Source: an uncultured cyanobacterium (GTDB lineage: Bacteria; Cyanobacteriota; Cyanobacteriia; CAKZMO01). Taken from it: a stretch of 64,000 nt of DNA. The stretch's first letter is position 1. Every line of letters starts with the position of its first letter. Positions 50,781 through 61,715 of the stretch are shown here, piece by piece. A program made the translations under genes and the position numbers. The stretch lies in assembly GCA_963719515.1 (NCBI GenBank), contig CAVRCJ010000019.1, forward strand, positions 64,001 to 128,000. Reading direction: 5' to 3'. Below the pieces are notes generated by a model. It had not been told where the DNA came from, did no database searches, and saw only the letters and a program-made list of their open reading frames with translations.

Positions 50781-51245
50781 TTGATGATACCGCCGTGGAT
50801 GGCTATTGGAGGGGTGACGCTGCTGCTGGGGCTAGTTGGAAACATTCTCCGCCCCAAAGACATTAAGTGGTTTCGGCGTTTAGAGCGACCGAGCTGGCTG
50901 ACCATTGAGCCTCTGATTCCCGTAATTTGGATCATTGTCTTCATTTGCGGGGCTTGGTCTGCCTATATCGTTTGGACCAATCAGCCCGGCGAGCCTTCAA
51001 CTTGGCTTCGGATGGCGCTGTACGCGCTTTTAGAACTGGTCACGGTAGCCTACACCCCTGCAATGCTGTGGACTCACCGCCTGCGCATCGGGACTGTCTT
51101 GGGCGGTACCGGTTTCTTGGTGGCACTGGTTTTAGCTGGACTCGTAGCCCCAATCTCTCTTTGGGCAACGCTACTGCTGGTTCCCTACCTCCTCTGGAGT
51201 CCCATAGGAACATTGGCCACCTGGCAAATGGAAAAGATAAATTAG
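50781..51245 (+). CDS. TspO/MBR family protein
   Basis: WF.RL.RPSWL, IPVIW, LL.PYLLWSP; five TM segments. Confidence 0.9.
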   Translation: MMIPPWMAIGGVTLLLGLVGNILRPKDIKWFRRLERPSWLTIEPLIPVIWIIVFICGAWSAYIVWTNQPGEPSTWLRMALYALLELVTVAYTPAMLWTHRLRIGTVLGGTGFLVALVLAGLVAPISLWATLLLVPYLLWSPIGTLATWQMEKIN

Positions 51246-51448
51246 CTCTACTTATGCTCCTCAAGAGGTGAACGGCAGACAGCCTCGCGGGGTTGGTGTT
51301 AGCTCTAAAGCATTAATCGAGGTGATGTTGGCTTATTATGAATGTTGGTGTAGCGCCCCCTATTGGACTATCGCTTTTGGGGAGTCGCCTGGAGCGAGCT
51401 AGCCGTAGCGCGGGTCGCTCTGATCAGGTTCAATACAGGGTAGTGCTC

Positions 51449-52207
51449 ATGACGAGTGTGGTATCGCAGACGGCTAGCCTAGATCTCACAGCTATCAACC
51501 GACAGCTCGCTCGTGCCGATGCAGAACACATTGTTCGCTGGTCTGTCGAGGCCTTTGGCGACGGTCTTGTCATGAGCACGAGCTTTGGCATTCAATCTGC
51601 TGTAATGCTGCACCTCGTGACTCAGGTCAAACCGGATATCCCAGTTATTTGGGTTGATACTGGATACCTGCCTGCAAAGACGTACCTATTTGCTGAGTCT
51701 CTCACCCAGCAGCTAAACCTCAACCTCAAGGTCTACCAGGCTGAACTCAGCCCGGCCCGCATGGAGGCGCTACACGGTAAGCTGTGGACCAAAACCGACC
51801 TGGACTCTCTCAATCAGTACGATCGCATTCGCAAGGTTGAACCCATGCAGCGAGCGCTCCGAAATCTGGGGGCGTCGGCTTGGCTAGCGGGTCTGCGGGC
51901 AGGCCAAACTCAGCATCGGCAATCCCTAAAGGCGGTTAACAAGCAGGCTGAAATCTACAAAGTGCTGCCTATTCTAGCTTGGACCTCAAAAGAGGTTTAC
52001 TACTACCTCAAAGACAATAATTTGCCCCACCACCCTCTGTTTGACGAGGGCTACATGACCGTAGGAGACTGGCACTCTAGTCGACCCATTACGGCTTCCG
52101 ACAATGATGAGAGAGATACTCGCTTTCACGGCGTCAAGCAAGAGTGCGGGCTGCACCTGCCTAAAACACCGGGTGAAGCTGAGAGCCTAGACTCTAGCTC
52201 GCTCTAG
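51449..52207 (+). CDS. cysH: Phosphoadenylyl-sulfate (PAPS) reductase
   Basis: [32 protein letters not shown]. Confidence 0.95.
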   Translation: MTSVVSQTASLDLTAINRQLARADAEHIVRWSVEAFGDGLVMSTSFGIQSAVMLHLVTQVKPDIPVIWVDTGYLPAKTYLFAESLTQQLNLNLKVYQAELSPARMEALHGKLWTKTDLDSLNQYDRIRKVEPMQRALRNLGASAWLAGLRAGQTQHRQSLKAVNKQAEIYKVLPILAWTSKEVYYYLKDNNLPHHPLFDEGYMTVGDWHSSRPITASDNDERDTRFHGVKQECGLHLPKTPGEAESLDSSSL

Positions 52208-53514
52208 CGCTTTTCGAGGGCTTCTACATCTCGCTCTTCCCGCTTGGACGCCTCTAGACGACTCCGCAAATCAGCCTGGTTTTCGAGCAGATAATCCTGC
52301 TTGACTTCTTCCTGCACGCCTGAGGCGAGCCACTTCAGCTGAGCGCTGCCGCCTTCGGCTTCGGTCTCTCCGAGCATAATGCAGGCCACAGCCCCGCTGC
52401 GATTGGCCCGCTTCAGCTGCTTGCCAAATGCGCTTCCCGTCACGTCTAGCTCGACGGCAAAACCGGACTGACGCAGCTGATGAGTAATGACTAGCGCTTG
52501 GGACTCAGCGCGATCGCCCCGCGACACCACATAAAAATCTAGAGAGAGATCTTGAATCGACGTTTGCTGCTGGAGCAGTAAAATCAGGCGCTCCATGCCG
52601 CTGGCCCAGCCAATGGCGGCGGTCTCTGGTCCCCCGAGCTGAGCAACCAGCCCGTTATAGCGCCCGCCCGCGCATACCGTCGCCTGCGCTCCCAACGCCT
52701 CAGACTGGATCTCAAACACGGTGTGGGTGTAGTAGTCGAGGCCGCGCACCAGCTGCGGATCAAGGGTGTAGGTGATTTTGAGGTCATGGAGCAGCGCCTG
52801 CACCTGCTCAAACCGCCGTTGGGATAGCTCGCCGAGGTATTCGTGCAGACTAGGGGCCTCTCGCAAAATTTCCCGCGTGCGCTCGTGCTTGGAGTCCAAG
52901 ATTCGCAGAGGGTTGCGGTCCAGGCGATCTTGAGAGTCTGAGTCAAGTTCAGCCTTATGGGGCGTCAGGTAATTGACTAAGGCATCCCGGTAGCGCTGGC
53001 GATCGCTCAAGTCGCCGATCGAGTTAAACACCAGCGTCAGGTCGTCTAGCCCTAGCGTTTGCAAAAACTGGTTGGCCAGCGCAATCACCTCAGCGTCTAC
53101 TCGAGGATCGTCGCTGCCCAAGACCTCGACGCCGACCTGGTGAAACTGCCGCTGGCGGCCCGCCTGGGGGCGCTCGTAGCGAAACATAGGGCCAAGATAC
53201 CAGAGCCGCTGCAGCCCTTGAGAATGCAGACTGTGCTCGATAAAGGCCCGCGCCACGCTGGCTGTGTTCTCAGGGCGCAGGGTCAAAGAGCGATCGCCGC
53301 GATCGCTGAAAGTATACATCTCCTTACCGACCACGTCTGTCGCCTCACCAATGCTGCGCTCAAACAGATTGGTCTGCTCAAAAATTGGGGTGCGAATTTC
53401 TCGGTACGCTGCTCGAGTTAGCGTGTCGCGGGCTGCCGATTCAACGCTATACCAATAGGCGATTTCGTCGGGCAAGATGTCTTTTGTGCCTCGAATCGCT
53501 TTGACCCTCTCCAT
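52204..53514 (-). CDS. hisS: Histidine-tRNA ligase
   Basis: [46 protein letters not shown]. Confidence 0.98.
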   Translation of the reverse strand: MERVKAIRGTKDILPDEIAYWYSVESAARDTLTRAAYREIRTPIFEQTNLFERSIGEATDVVGKEMYTFSDRGDRSLTLRPENTASVARAFIEHSLHSQGLQRLWYLGPMFRYERPQAGRQRQFHQVGVEVLGSDDPRVDAEVIALANQFLQTLGLDDLTLVFNSIGDLSDRQRYRDALVNYLTPHKAELDSDSQDRLDRNPLRILDSKHERTREILREAPSLHEYLGELSQRRFEQVQALLHDLKITYTLDPQLVRGLDYYTHTVFEIQSEALGAQATVCAGGRYNGLVAQLGGPETAAIGWASGMERLILLLQQQTSIQDLSLDFYVVSRGDRAESQALVITHQLRQSGFAVELDVTGSAFGKQLKRANRSGAVACIMLGETEAEGGSAQLKWLASGVQEEVKQDYLLENQADLRSRLEASKREERDVEALEKR

Positions 53515-53571
53515 ACTTCGGATTCCAATCACGCTAATTGTTTCAACAGATGCTCATCACGCCTCGAGACC

Positions 53572-53880
53572 TCAGCTCCCCAAATCGCCCTCAGCAGGCT
53601 CCCAGTCGCCATAGCGCGAGCCGTAATATTGGAGAATAGCCTTAACCTGCTGCCGTTCGACCGGGTCTGTATCGGCTGCGCAGCTGATTCTGAGTCCCCC
53701 AGCCTGGCTTTGGCGGTAGTCAAAAGATGATGACGACTGGGGCAGCACTTGTGCCATGATGCCGCTGCACTGGCGCAAATGAGCCGAAACCTCCCGATAA
53801 ACCGCCAAGGGAAGCTCCGGGCACTGAATGTCAATGGGTCCGTCGGAGTGAGACAGATCTATCACCGATGAAGAATGCAT
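53572..53880 (-). CDS. Conserved cyanobacterial hypothetical protein
   Basis: LPLAVYREVSAHLRQ, FDYRQSQ.GGL, ILQYY..RYG.W. Confidence 0.8.
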   Translation of the reverse strand: MHSSSVIDLSHSDGPIDIQCPELPLAVYREVSAHLRQCSGIMAQVLPQSSSSFDYRQSQAGGLRISCAADTDPVERQQVKAILQYYGSRYGDWEPAEGDLGS

Positions 53881-53895
53881 TGGCTGGCGCTACGG

Positions 53896-54174
53896 TTAAC
53901 TGTCCGAGGCCACAACATCTGCAGGGACGGGGAGTGTGCAGCAGTTGACCTGGTCTAGGCAAACCTTACCCCATCTGAGCGCCCACCGCACAAGCTCGAC
54001 TCGGTTGGCCGTTGATGTTTTAGTCAAGACATTGCTGACGTGGTTGTCAACTGTCCGCTTGCTGATCTCCAAGGCCTCAGCAATTTCCTGATTTGTCAGC
54101 CCGACCGTCACGAGTTCGACAATCTGTAGCTCCCGCTCAGAGAGCGCTGCCTCCTTCTCACCGCCGCCTGTCAT
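53896..54174 (-). CDS. pedR: Small LuxR-type redox-responsive regulator (PedR-like)
   Basis: LSERELQIVELV..GLTNQEIA..LEISKRTVDNH; C-terminal WGKVCLDQVNCC. Confidence 0.85.
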   Translation of the reverse strand: MTGGGEKEAALSERELQIVELVTVGLTNQEIAEALEISKRTVDNHVSNVLTKTSTANRVELVRWALRWGKVCLDQVNCCTLPVPADVVASDS

Positions 54175-54293
54175 TCCCACTTCACTCTGTATATGTACCT
54201 ATCCTGCTCATCATTCTAAAGGTTTATCGGCCAAAATACCGCACGACGCAGCCACATTTGAGCCTCAGTCGAGGTTCAAGTTACCATAGATCT

Positions 54294-55196
54294 ATGGCTA
54301 AAACTGTTGATGTACTCGGCGTTCCACACACCTACGAGTTGACGGTATCTGCCCACCAGACCTGCCTGGTCTTCGTTCACGGCTGGTTGCTGAGTCGGGC
54401 CTATTGGCGACCCCTAGTCGGCCAACTGCAGGGCTATTCCTGCCTGCTTTACGATCTGCGAGGATTTGGCGAGTCGCCTACCCCAGCCAGCCAGCCCGGC
54501 AGCTCTGAGAGTGAAAATTTGACGATGCAGGCCTCTTCCATAGCGATCGCCTCCCGGTACTCTCCAGCCGCCTACGCTCAGGATCTCAATCAGCTGCTAG
54601 AATCGCTCGACATCAAGTCGGCCTGGATTGTGGGCCACTCCCTAGGGGGAAGTATTGGTCTTTGGGCGGCGATGCAGGCCCCCGAGCGAATTCGCGGCTG
54701 CATTTGCGTTAACGCTGGCGGCGGCATCTACTTGAAAGAGGAGTTCGAGAAGTTTCGCAACGTGGGGCAGCAGCTAGTGCGGCTAAGGCCTTCCTGGCTA
54801 AGACGCCTACCGCTGGTTGATATCTTGATGGCCCGAATGAACGTCGCTCAGCCCATTGAACGGCAGTGGGGACGACAGCGCGTCCTCGATTTGCTTACCG
54901 CCGAATCTGATGCGGCTCTGGGGACGCTGCTAGAGTCCACCACCGAGGAGGAGGTCCACCGGCTGCCCCACGTGGTTTCTCACCTCACCCAGCCGGTCTA
55001 CTTTGTTGCAGGCGATGCGGACGACATCATGGAGCCCAAGTACGTCGATCACCTCGCTAGCTTTCATTACCTCTTTAGGGAGACGGGGCAAAACGCGATT
55101 AAGCTTCCCCGCTGTGGCCATTTCGCCATGGTTGAGCAGCCAGAACGCCTCGCCACAGAGATCAAAGCGATTTTAACGCGACATGTTGGCGGGTAG
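54294..55196 (+). CDS. Alpha/beta fold hydrolase
   Basis: VFVHGWLLS, YDLRGFG, GHSLGG, CGHFAMVE. Confidence 0.93.
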   Translation: MAKTVDVLGVPHTYELTVSAHQTCLVFVHGWLLSRAYWRPLVGQLQGYSCLLYDLRGFGESPTPASQPGSSESENLTMQASSIAIASRYSPAAYAQDLNQLLESLDIKSAWIVGHSLGGSIGLWAAMQAPERIRGCICVNAGGGIYLKEEFEKFRNVGQQLVRLRPSWLRRLPLVDILMARMNVAQPIERQWGRQRVLDLLTAESDAALGTLLESTTEEEVHRLPHVVSHLTQPVYFVAGDADDIMEPKYVDHLASFHYLFRETGQNAIKLPRCGHFAMVEQPERLATEIKAILTRHVGG

Positions 55197-55317
55197 CGTT
55201 CGGGCAATTGACAACCGTTCGACTCAATTCCTAGAAAAATGCGTCGTTTCGTCGCACAATAGATAGCGAAGACATCAATAGTGATGCAGCTTTAGAATTT
55301 CTTGGAGGACGTTAAAT

Positions 55318-55428
55318 ATGGACTGGCGCGTTGTGGTTGTGCTATCTCCGATCATTTTGGCCGCTAGCTGGGCCGCGTTTAACATTGGGCGAGCTGCGAT
55401 CGCGCAGTTCCGAGGATTTTTGGACTAA
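55318..55428 (+). CDS. psbY: Photosystem II protein Y, 36 aa (not in the ORF track)
   Basis: GGAGG Shine-Dalgarno; [36 protein letters not shown]. Confidence 0.93.
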   Translation: MDWRVVVVLSPIILAASWAAFNIGRAAIAQFRGFLD

Positions 55429-55448
55429 CTGGCAGGGCCTCTCGGCTC

Positions 55449-55475
55449 AAGGGCGCACAATTGTGCGCCCTTTTT
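55449..55475 (+). terminator. Rho-independent terminator after psbY
   Basis: AAGGGCGCACAATTGTGCGCCCTTTTT. Confidence 0.8.
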
Positions 55476-55517
55476 AATGACTTATTTTGATCACTTAAAC
55501 GTGGCCCTAGAAGAATC

Positions 55518-56366
55518 CTACCGCGGGGCTCGCGTTCCTCCGTTTAGATCTAGCAAAACGGGTAGGTTGCTCGAGCCGTCTCCCATCACAAGGACTCTAG
55601 GCATATTGGAGCCTCCCGAGCGCCAGGCTGCGATCGCTTCTTTTTGAAGCACCAGATCTCCGCCCGTTGCCTTGAGGGTCTCTGCCAGCATGCGCTGCGC
55701 TTCAGCTTTGCCCTGGGCGATATTGATGTCGGCCTGGGCCTGCTGCTCCGCTTCTTGGGCAATATAGACCGCTCTTTGGGCCTGCTGCTCAGCAATCTGC
55801 TTCTCTTCAACCGCGCGGGTAAACTCTGGCGTAAAGCTAAGGTCGATGACGCTGGTATCGAGGACCGTGACGGCGTATTTCTCCAACCGATCGCTGAGTG
55901 CATTATCAAAATCACTCTTGAGCAGCTCCCGCTCTGTGATTGATTGCTCAGCGGTTCGCTTAGCGGCAGCGATTTTGAACGATTCTTGGGTCTGCGGCGC
56001 GATCACCTTGGCAACGAGATTCTCCAGGGTTCCCTGACTGCGCCGAATGTCGACCACCTGCAGGGGTTCGATGCGAAAGTTGATGGCAAATCTAGCGGTT
56101 AGATCCTGGAGGTCTTTCGTTGAGGATTGAGCCGGCACCTCAAACTTCTGCACCGTTAGGTCATAGATGTCGACGTTTGAAATAAAGGGAGGCTTGACGT
56201 GGAGTCCTTCGAGCAGCGCTCCGTCTTGAGACTTGCCCAAAACGCTTAGTACCCCCGCCTGGCCTGGATTGATTACAACAAAGCAGTTAAAGGCCAGCAG
56301 CAAAACTGCAGCAGAGACAATGCCCAGCAGGACCGCTACAATGTTTTGGGCTTGGGGGTTCTTCAT
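55518..56366 (-). CDS. Prohibitin/SPFH (band 7) family protein
   Basis: INPGQAGV, LEGLH.KPP, SSTKDLQ, AVEEKQIAEQ. Confidence 0.93.
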   Translation of the reverse strand: MKNPQAQNIVAVLLGIVSAAVLLLAFNCFVVINPGQAGVLSVLGKSQDGALLEGLHVKPPFISNVDIYDLTVQKFEVPAQSSTKDLQDLTARFAINFRIEPLQVVDIRRSQGTLENLVAKVIAPQTQESFKIAAAKRTAEQSITERELLKSDFDNALSDRLEKYAVTVLDTSVIDLSFTPEFTRAVEEKQIAEQQAQRAVYIAQEAEQQAQADINIAQGKAEAQRMLAETLKATGGDLVLQKEAIAAWRSGGSNMPRVLVMGDGSSNLPVLLDLNGGTRAPR

Positions 56367-56398
56367 GTTTAAAGTATTTAGTATTTGGTTTACCAGCG

Positions 56399-56608
56399 TC
56401 AGTAGCTGAGCTTAAGCGCTGTTACGGGGACCTCATCCCATGAATCAACATTCCGCAGCCGCGCTACCCAGCCCTCTAGTCGCTGCGCGTCCGTTAGCTT
56501 AGCTACAAATTCCTCGTGGCAGGCTTCAGCCTGGCCGCGATCGCGGGTGGCAATGCAGGCCTGAATTAGGCCACAGGAATCAACCTGCTCATTAACCCAG
56601 ATTGTCAT
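56399..56608 (-). CDS. Conserved cyanobacterial small protein
   Basis: MTIWVNEQ.D..G.I.ACIA, GW.ARLR.V.SWDEVP..ALKL. Confidence 0.8.
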   Translation of the reverse strand: MTIWVNEQVDSCGLIQACIATRDRGQAEACHEEFVAKLTDAQRLEGWVARLRNVDSWDEVPVTALKLSY

Positions 56609-56664
56609 TCAGCTCTCCTACGCATTCTCTGCCATCGTAGCGCTAATCGGTATCGGACAGCGCT

Positions 56665-57846
56665 CTAGCGCAGCCATCCTTCTAGCTGAGCTGCAATCTG
56701 AGGGCGGCGCAACTTGCGCATTGCCCGAGTTTGAATTTGTCGAACCCGCTCACGGGACAGATTAAAGTGACGGCTAACCTCCTCTAGAGTATGAAACTGT
56801 CCTGTTTCAAGGCCGTACCGCAGGGCAATCACGTCGTGCTCATGGGCTGTCAGCGCGCTGGCCAGTACCCGATGTAGATCCTGACGGAGAATAGCGTCGT
56901 CGATGTGACGCTCAGGCGGACAGCTCGTCCCATCTTCCAAAAGGTCCAGCAATTCAGTGTCTTCTTCTTTGCCGACGCGGTAGTTGAGAGACAGGGCCTT
57001 ACGCCTCATCTGCTGAAGACGGCGAAGCTGCGGCAGCGGCAGATCCATCGCGTTTGCGAGTTCAGCTTCCGACGGCGATCGCCCCAGCTGGTGGTTCAGC
57101 TCCTGATAGGTCTTTCTAAGGCGGTTGAGTTTCTCAGTGACGTGGATTGGCAGGCGAATGGTGCGGGCATCGTTGGCGATCGCGCGGGTAATGCCTTGGC
57201 GAATCCACCAGTAGGCGTAGGTCGAAAACTTATAGCCTTTCTCGGGGTCAAACTTTTCGGTCGCTCGGTGGAGGCCGAGGCTCCCCTCCTGAATCAAGTC
57301 GAGGAAAGGAATGCCGCGGTTGAGGTAGCGTTTGGCAATTGAGACGACAAGCCGTAGATTCGAGCGCACCATCACTAGCTTTGCCTGACAGCCGCAGCGC
57401 TGCTGCTGCCGCAGCTGAGCCGGCGTGAGCTCAAGGGCGATCGCCAGCTCGTCATCTGAGGGTGGTCGCCGATACTCCTGCTGCAGCTGGCTGCGAGCGG
57501 CATTGATTTGGCTGAGGGTCTGCACGCGGCGGGCCAACAATAGCTCTTCTTCCGCCGTCAATAGAGGATAGCGGGCCATCTCTTTGAAGAAGGCCCCGGT
57601 AGCGTCGTCTGAAGGAGTTTTGACGTAGAGGGGGGGCGAGGCGGAGCCGTCTTCACGGTCGGAGCCAGAGTCGACGGGGCCAAAGTCGACAGCGCGACCA
57701 ACGGCTGCGAGCGGCAAATCCAGATCAGAGGTCGTATCGAGGGCTTTGGAATAGGGATCAAAGGCGGGACGATCATTCTGTGGCGCAGCAAGCGGAGCCA
57801 CAGACGATTGTGAGGAAGAGCGATTGGGCTGTCGAGGTGATCCCAT
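56665..57846 (-). CDS. Group 2 (RpoD-like) RNA polymerase sigma factor
   Basis: FFKEMARYPLL, NLRLVVSIAKRY, DLIQEG, GYKFSTYAYWWIRQ, SRERVRQI. Confidence 0.95.
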   Translation of the reverse strand: MGSPRQPNRSSSQSSVAPLAAPQNDRPAFDPYSKALDTTSDLDLPLAAVGRAVDFGPVDSGSDREDGSASPPLYVKTPSDDATGAFFKEMARYPLLTAEEELLLARRVQTLSQINAARSQLQQEYRRPPSDDELAIALELTPAQLRQQQRCGCQAKLVMVRSNLRLVVSIAKRYLNRGIPFLDLIQEGSLGLHRATEKFDPEKGYKFSTYAYWWIRQGITRAIANDARTIRLPIHVTEKLNRLRKTYQELNHQLGRSPSEAELANAMDLPLPQLRRLQQMRRKALSLNYRVGKEEDTELLDLLEDGTSCPPERHIDDAILRQDLHRVLASALTAHEHDVIALRYGLETGQFHTLEEVSRHFNLSRERVRQIQTRAMRKLRRPQIAAQLEGWLR

Positions 57847-58010
57847 AGGCTGCCAGGCGATCGTTATAGATGACCTTAGACCTGTGTCAGCGGTTTGACT
57901 ACCGCGTATCCACAGAAACAGAGCCACATCTTGGCTAAAGCAACAGCAGCACGCTCCGTAGATCTACAGGCGTCTTTGAGCGGTAAAGATCGTCCTTAGC
58001 AGGGTGAGTT

Positions 58011-59528
58011 CTATTCAGTAAACGAGGTTTCATCCAGGTAGCCCAACCGGTTGTAGGGGCTCATTGCCGTCAAAATCTGCTGTCCGTAGCTGCGGTGGTT
58101 CACCCGGTTGTCCAGTAGGGCAACGATGCCACGCTCTTGGCGGAGGGGGGCGATCGCCCGCTGCAGCTCGTTGAGAGTTTCCGGAAGCAGGTAGTGGGTA
58201 AACCAGTTGAGGCGCTTTTTTTTGTAGTAGGCTACCCGCCCCGCCACTAGGGGATCTTCTAGAGAGGGGATGGGCAGCGTCGTGACCACTAGCAGCTGGG
58301 GAATGGGCAAAACCGCCTGCTGCTCCTGCCAATAGCGCCAGCCGGTCACCAAAACGCCAGTGTCATCCAGGCAAGTCCGCTCGACCTGGACGCGCGATCC
58401 GTATTCTGCCGCGAGGGTCGCTCCCACCTGAGCTTTGAGAGGGACGTCATTGACCAACAGCACAACAAGCCCGCTACCCGTGGACGTCAGCGCGAGCAGC
58501 GAACGAATCTCCATGAGCAAGGCCGACTGAAACTGAGGCGTGTTGGGCATGGGGAGGCGATCGGGCAAATAGAGCTGAATCGACTCATGGTGACGGTCGG
58601 GGGAGAACTTGATATAGGTCGGGTCTGAGAGCCCTAGCCGCTCCCGATAGATCAGCGCCTCGCTGTGATCATCCAAGGCACCACCGACCAGCACAAAGGG
58701 CTGCCGCTGCCATACCGGCTGCATCCACGGCGCTACCTCAACAGGAGCTTCATGGAGGGAGAACTGTCCCTGCTCGCGGGAGAGGGTCGCCCAGAGGAGA
58801 AGGTTGGGCTGCTGAAACCGCTCAAAAAACTGCTGCCAGGGGGGACAGTCGTCTAACCCATTAGCGGCCGTGGTCCGCAGGTGGTGATAAAGGTCAGATA
58901 AGGCCAGCTTCTCTGAAGACTCAAGGAGGTAGCAACCGTAGGGGTTGGGAGGGCGATGGCAAAGGTCATGGGTGAGCTGGACTAAGGTTTCCCGAATGAC
59001 TGACCCCTGTTCGGGGCGGGCCAGCCTCAGCGCTGACCAGTGACCTGGGGTGAGGTGCCGTGATAGGGCGTGGCGGACCTGTCGCTCTAGATCGTCAGCG
59101 CCATCAATCAGCGTGAGGATTCCGTCAGGAAGGTGCGGCGATTCTAGGCGATCGCGCAGCCAGGTTTCAGGAGACGTGATCAAAATGCCGCGAAAATTTG
59201 GGGAGGGCCAGCGATCGCCCTGGCAGATGGCCTTGCTGGTGGTCATCCACTGCTTGAGCCGGGGAATTTCGACATATAGCAGCCGCTGCTGCAGGCTTTC
59301 GGAGGCCACAATGATCACAGGTTCGGGCCAGGCCATAGCAGGCAGCAGATAGCTCAACCGATAGCAGCCGTAGAGACCAGAGGGCGGTCCTGCCTGAATT
59401 AGAGCGCTGCGCCGCAGCCTGAACGCACGCGCTATAAGCCTCGCCATCGTTAAGTGGTGGGGCCATACGGGTTCTCCCTGCTCCCGCAGGAACGCTCGCA
59501 GCTGCTGATGGACCTCTACCTCGATCAC
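58011..59528 (-). CDS. DinG-like helicase C-terminal domain protein
   Basis: IEVEVHQQLRAFLR, WPHHLTMARL, LP.PNTPQF, LPIPSLE.PLV, LLDNRV..RSYG. Confidence 0.85.
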   Translation of the reverse strand: MIEVEVHQQLRAFLREQGEPVWPHHLTMARLIARAFRLRRSALIQAGPPSGLYGCYRLSYLLPAMAWPEPVIIVASESLQQRLLYVEIPRLKQWMTTSKAICQGDRWPSPNFRGILITSPETWLRDRLESPHLPDGILTLIDGADDLERQVRHALSRHLTPGHWSALRLARPEQGSVIRETLVQLTHDLCHRPPNPYGCYLLESSEKLALSDLYHHLRTTAANGLDDCPPWQQFFERFQQPNLLLWATLSREQGQFSLHEAPVEVAPWMQPVWQRQPFVLVGGALDDHSEALIYRERLGLSDPTYIKFSPDRHHESIQLYLPDRLPMPNTPQFQSALLMEIRSLLALTSTGSGLVVLLVNDVPLKAQVGATLAAEYGSRVQVERTCLDDTGVLVTGWRYWQEQQAVLPIPQLLVVTTLPIPSLEDPLVAGRVAYYKKKRLNWFTHYLLPETLNELQRAIAPLRQERGIVALLDNRVNHRSYGQQILTAMSPYNRLGYLDETSFTE

Positions 59529-59685
59529 CCGTGAACGGCCTCTAAGACAATGCACCCTATTGTGACATACCTACCTTGAGAGGACGGTGGCCGCTTTAAC
59601 CCCTTGACTTCGTGATAGATTAGCTGGGCTTTGGTGCGTTTGGGACGCGCCCCAACCCACCGCAATAGGAGCTAGCACCCTGCAA

Positions 59686-60540
59686 ATGGGCACCCTGCAA
59701 ATTGGAATTATTGGACTAGGGTTGATTGGCGGATCTTTGGCCCTCGACCTCAAGGCAAAAACGAGCTACGAGGTGGTTGGCATCAGCCGTCGGCAGGAGA
59801 TTTGCGATCGCGCCATCGGGCGGCGGATGGTCGACCAGGCCAGCACCGATCTGAGCCTGTTGGCCACGGCAGACCTGGTGGTTATCTGTACGCCGCTGCA
59901 CGCCATCGCCCCCACCGTCCAGCAGCTGGTGCCCCATCTCAAGGCTGACGCCGTGTTGACCGATGTCGGTTCCGTCAAGCAGTCGGTGGTCGCGGCGGTG
60001 GAGCCTCTGTGGCCCCGCTTCGTAGGCGGCCACCCCATGGCCGGGACGGCCCACCAGGGTTTAGAGGCAGCAGTCGCTAATCTGTTTGTGGGTCGACCCT
60101 ACGTCCTTACCCCTACAGCAGCTACGCCAGCGGCGGCAATAGAGCGGGTAAACCAGATGATTCAGCCGCTGGACTGCGTGGTGTACCGGTGTGACCCAGC
60201 AATACATGATCAGGCCGTTGCCTGGATATCCCATCTGCCGGTAATGGTGAGCGCCAGCGTGATCGCCGCCTGCACCCAGGCCGAGGCCGACGTTCTCACT
60301 TTGGCTCAGTCGGTCGCCAGCTCTGGGTTCCGCGACACCTCCCGGGTGGGCGGGGGGAACCCGGAGCTAGGGGTAATGATGGCCCAATACAACCGCCACA
60401 ACCTGCTGCGATCGCTCCAGGTTTACCGGCAGCAGCTCGACCAGCTCACCGACAGTATTGAGCGGCAAGACTGGGCGGCGCTAGACGCCGCGCTCAGACA
60501 GACCCAAGGCGATCGCCCTGCGTTTGTACCGGAGCCCTAG
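59686..60540 (+). CDS. tyrA: Prephenate/arogenate dehydrogenase
   Basis: GLGLIGGS, TDVGSVK, GGHPMAG, HD.AVA.ISHLP, GFRDTSRV. Confidence 0.95.
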   Translation: MGTLQIGIIGLGLIGGSLALDLKAKTSYEVVGISRRQEICDRAIGRRMVDQASTDLSLLATADLVVICTPLHAIAPTVQQLVPHLKADAVLTDVGSVKQSVVAAVEPLWPRFVGGHPMAGTAHQGLEAAVANLFVGRPYVLTPTAATPAAAIERVNQMIQPLDCVVYRCDPAIHDQAVAWISHLPVMVSASVIAACTQAEADVLTLAQSVASSGFRDTSRVGGGNPELGVMMAQYNRHNLLRSLQVYRQQLDQLTDSIERQDWAALDAALRQTQGDRPAFVPEP

Positions 60541-60554
60541 CGCTTCGAACCAGT

Positions 60555-61142
60555 CTACGAATCCTGCTGTAGGGCATCGAGCTGGGCCAGCACCTCGCGG
60601 CTGTGGCCCGCAGGTCTAACCCCCGTGAACCGCGCCCGCATTGTCCCATCGGGATCAACGATGTAGGTGTGCCGCAGGGAGGAGACGCCGAGCCAAGAGC
60701 CGTAAGCCTTGCTCACCGAGCCATCGGTATCGGCCAGCAGGGAAAAGGTGAGCCCCTCAGAGTCGCAAAATTCGGCGTGGGAATCAACGTCGTCGACGCT
60801 GATGCCGACGATTTGGGCGTTGCGATCGCTGTATTGAGGCAGGTCGCGCTGGAACCGCTGCGCCTCTAGGGTACAGCCGGGAGTGAAGTCTTTGGGGTAG
60901 AAGTAGACCACAAGCCACTGACCGAGGTAATCCGCCAGGGAAACGGAACCCTCTCCCGTATTGGTTGGCAGCGTGAAGCTAGGAGCGGGCTCGTTGAGGG
61001 GGGGCTGTGGCCCGCCGAGGGCCAGCGCGGGCGGGGCAAGAACTACCAGGGTAAGGGCAATTGTAAGTGAGAGAAAAAGATCGATGCTGGACTTTGTCCA
61101 GTTTCTAATTTGATTCACGGTTGGCTCGCCGGGTTGCAACAC
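60555..61142 (-). CDS. Peroxiredoxin Q/BCP with signal peptide; start uncertain
   Basis: APSFTLP, YFYPKDFTPGCTLEA, GISVD. Confidence 0.93.
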   Translation of the reverse strand: MLQPGEPTVNQIRNWTKSSIDLFLSLTIALTLVVLAPPALALGGPQPPLNEPAPSFTLPTNTGEGSVSLADYLGQWLVVYFYPKDFTPGCTLEAQRFQRDLPQYSDRNAQIVGISVDDVDSHAEFCDSEGLTFSLLADTDGSVSKAYGSWLGVSSLRHTYIVDPDGTMRARFTGVRPAGHSREVLAQLDALQQDS

Positions 61143-61160
61143 ACATAGGGTATCAGCATA

Positions 61161-61715
61161 TCAATCCGTGGCCTGAGCCATTCGCCACCAGCGGTTGAGG
61201 GGGTAGTAGATAACCGGAGCCCAAAGGCTGCTCAAGATGGCGGAACTCAGCGTAATTTGCTGGTGGTAAAGCCAGGTGCGGGTGAGGAGGGGGTAGGATT
61301 TTGGCACCGCGTTGAGGAGATACTGGAGGCTAAACTGAATTGCCATCACGGTTTCCACCAAAATTGCCATGGCAAACACGATCATGGCTACTGAAATAAA
61401 ATCTTCCTGAATGTATTTTTGCTTCTGCAGCCGGGCCGTCAGCACCCCCGCCAAAATTAGTCCAAGCGTATGGGTGGGCTGGGGCATGCTCATACCGTCT
61501 TGAATCAGCCCTAGGCAAAGGCCAGCGATCGCCCCTTGAAAGACAGATCGCTTCAGGCTCCAGGCGACAACCCAGATCAAAAGCCAGTTTGGCCCAGCTC
61601 CTAAAAGCTCGATACCCGAGAACCGAGCCGGCAGAACCATCACGCAGACGGCAACGGAAGCCGCCGTAACCGTCCAATCTAGAACACGCTTCAGGGTGGG
61701 ATTAAGGGTTTCCAT
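61161..61715 (-). CDS. mreD: Rod shape-determining protein MreD
   Basis: PNWLLIWVVAWS, AG...GLIQDG; last gene of mreBCD. Confidence 0.92.
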   Translation of the reverse strand: METLNPTLKRVLDWTVTAASVAVCVMVLPARFSGIELLGAGPNWLLIWVVAWSLKRSVFQGAIAGLCLGLIQDGMSMPQPTHTLGLILAGVLTARLQKQKYIQEDFISVAMIVFAMAILVETVMAIQFSLQYLLNAVPKSYPLLTRTWLYHQQITLSSAILSSLWAPVIYYPLNRWWRMAQATD

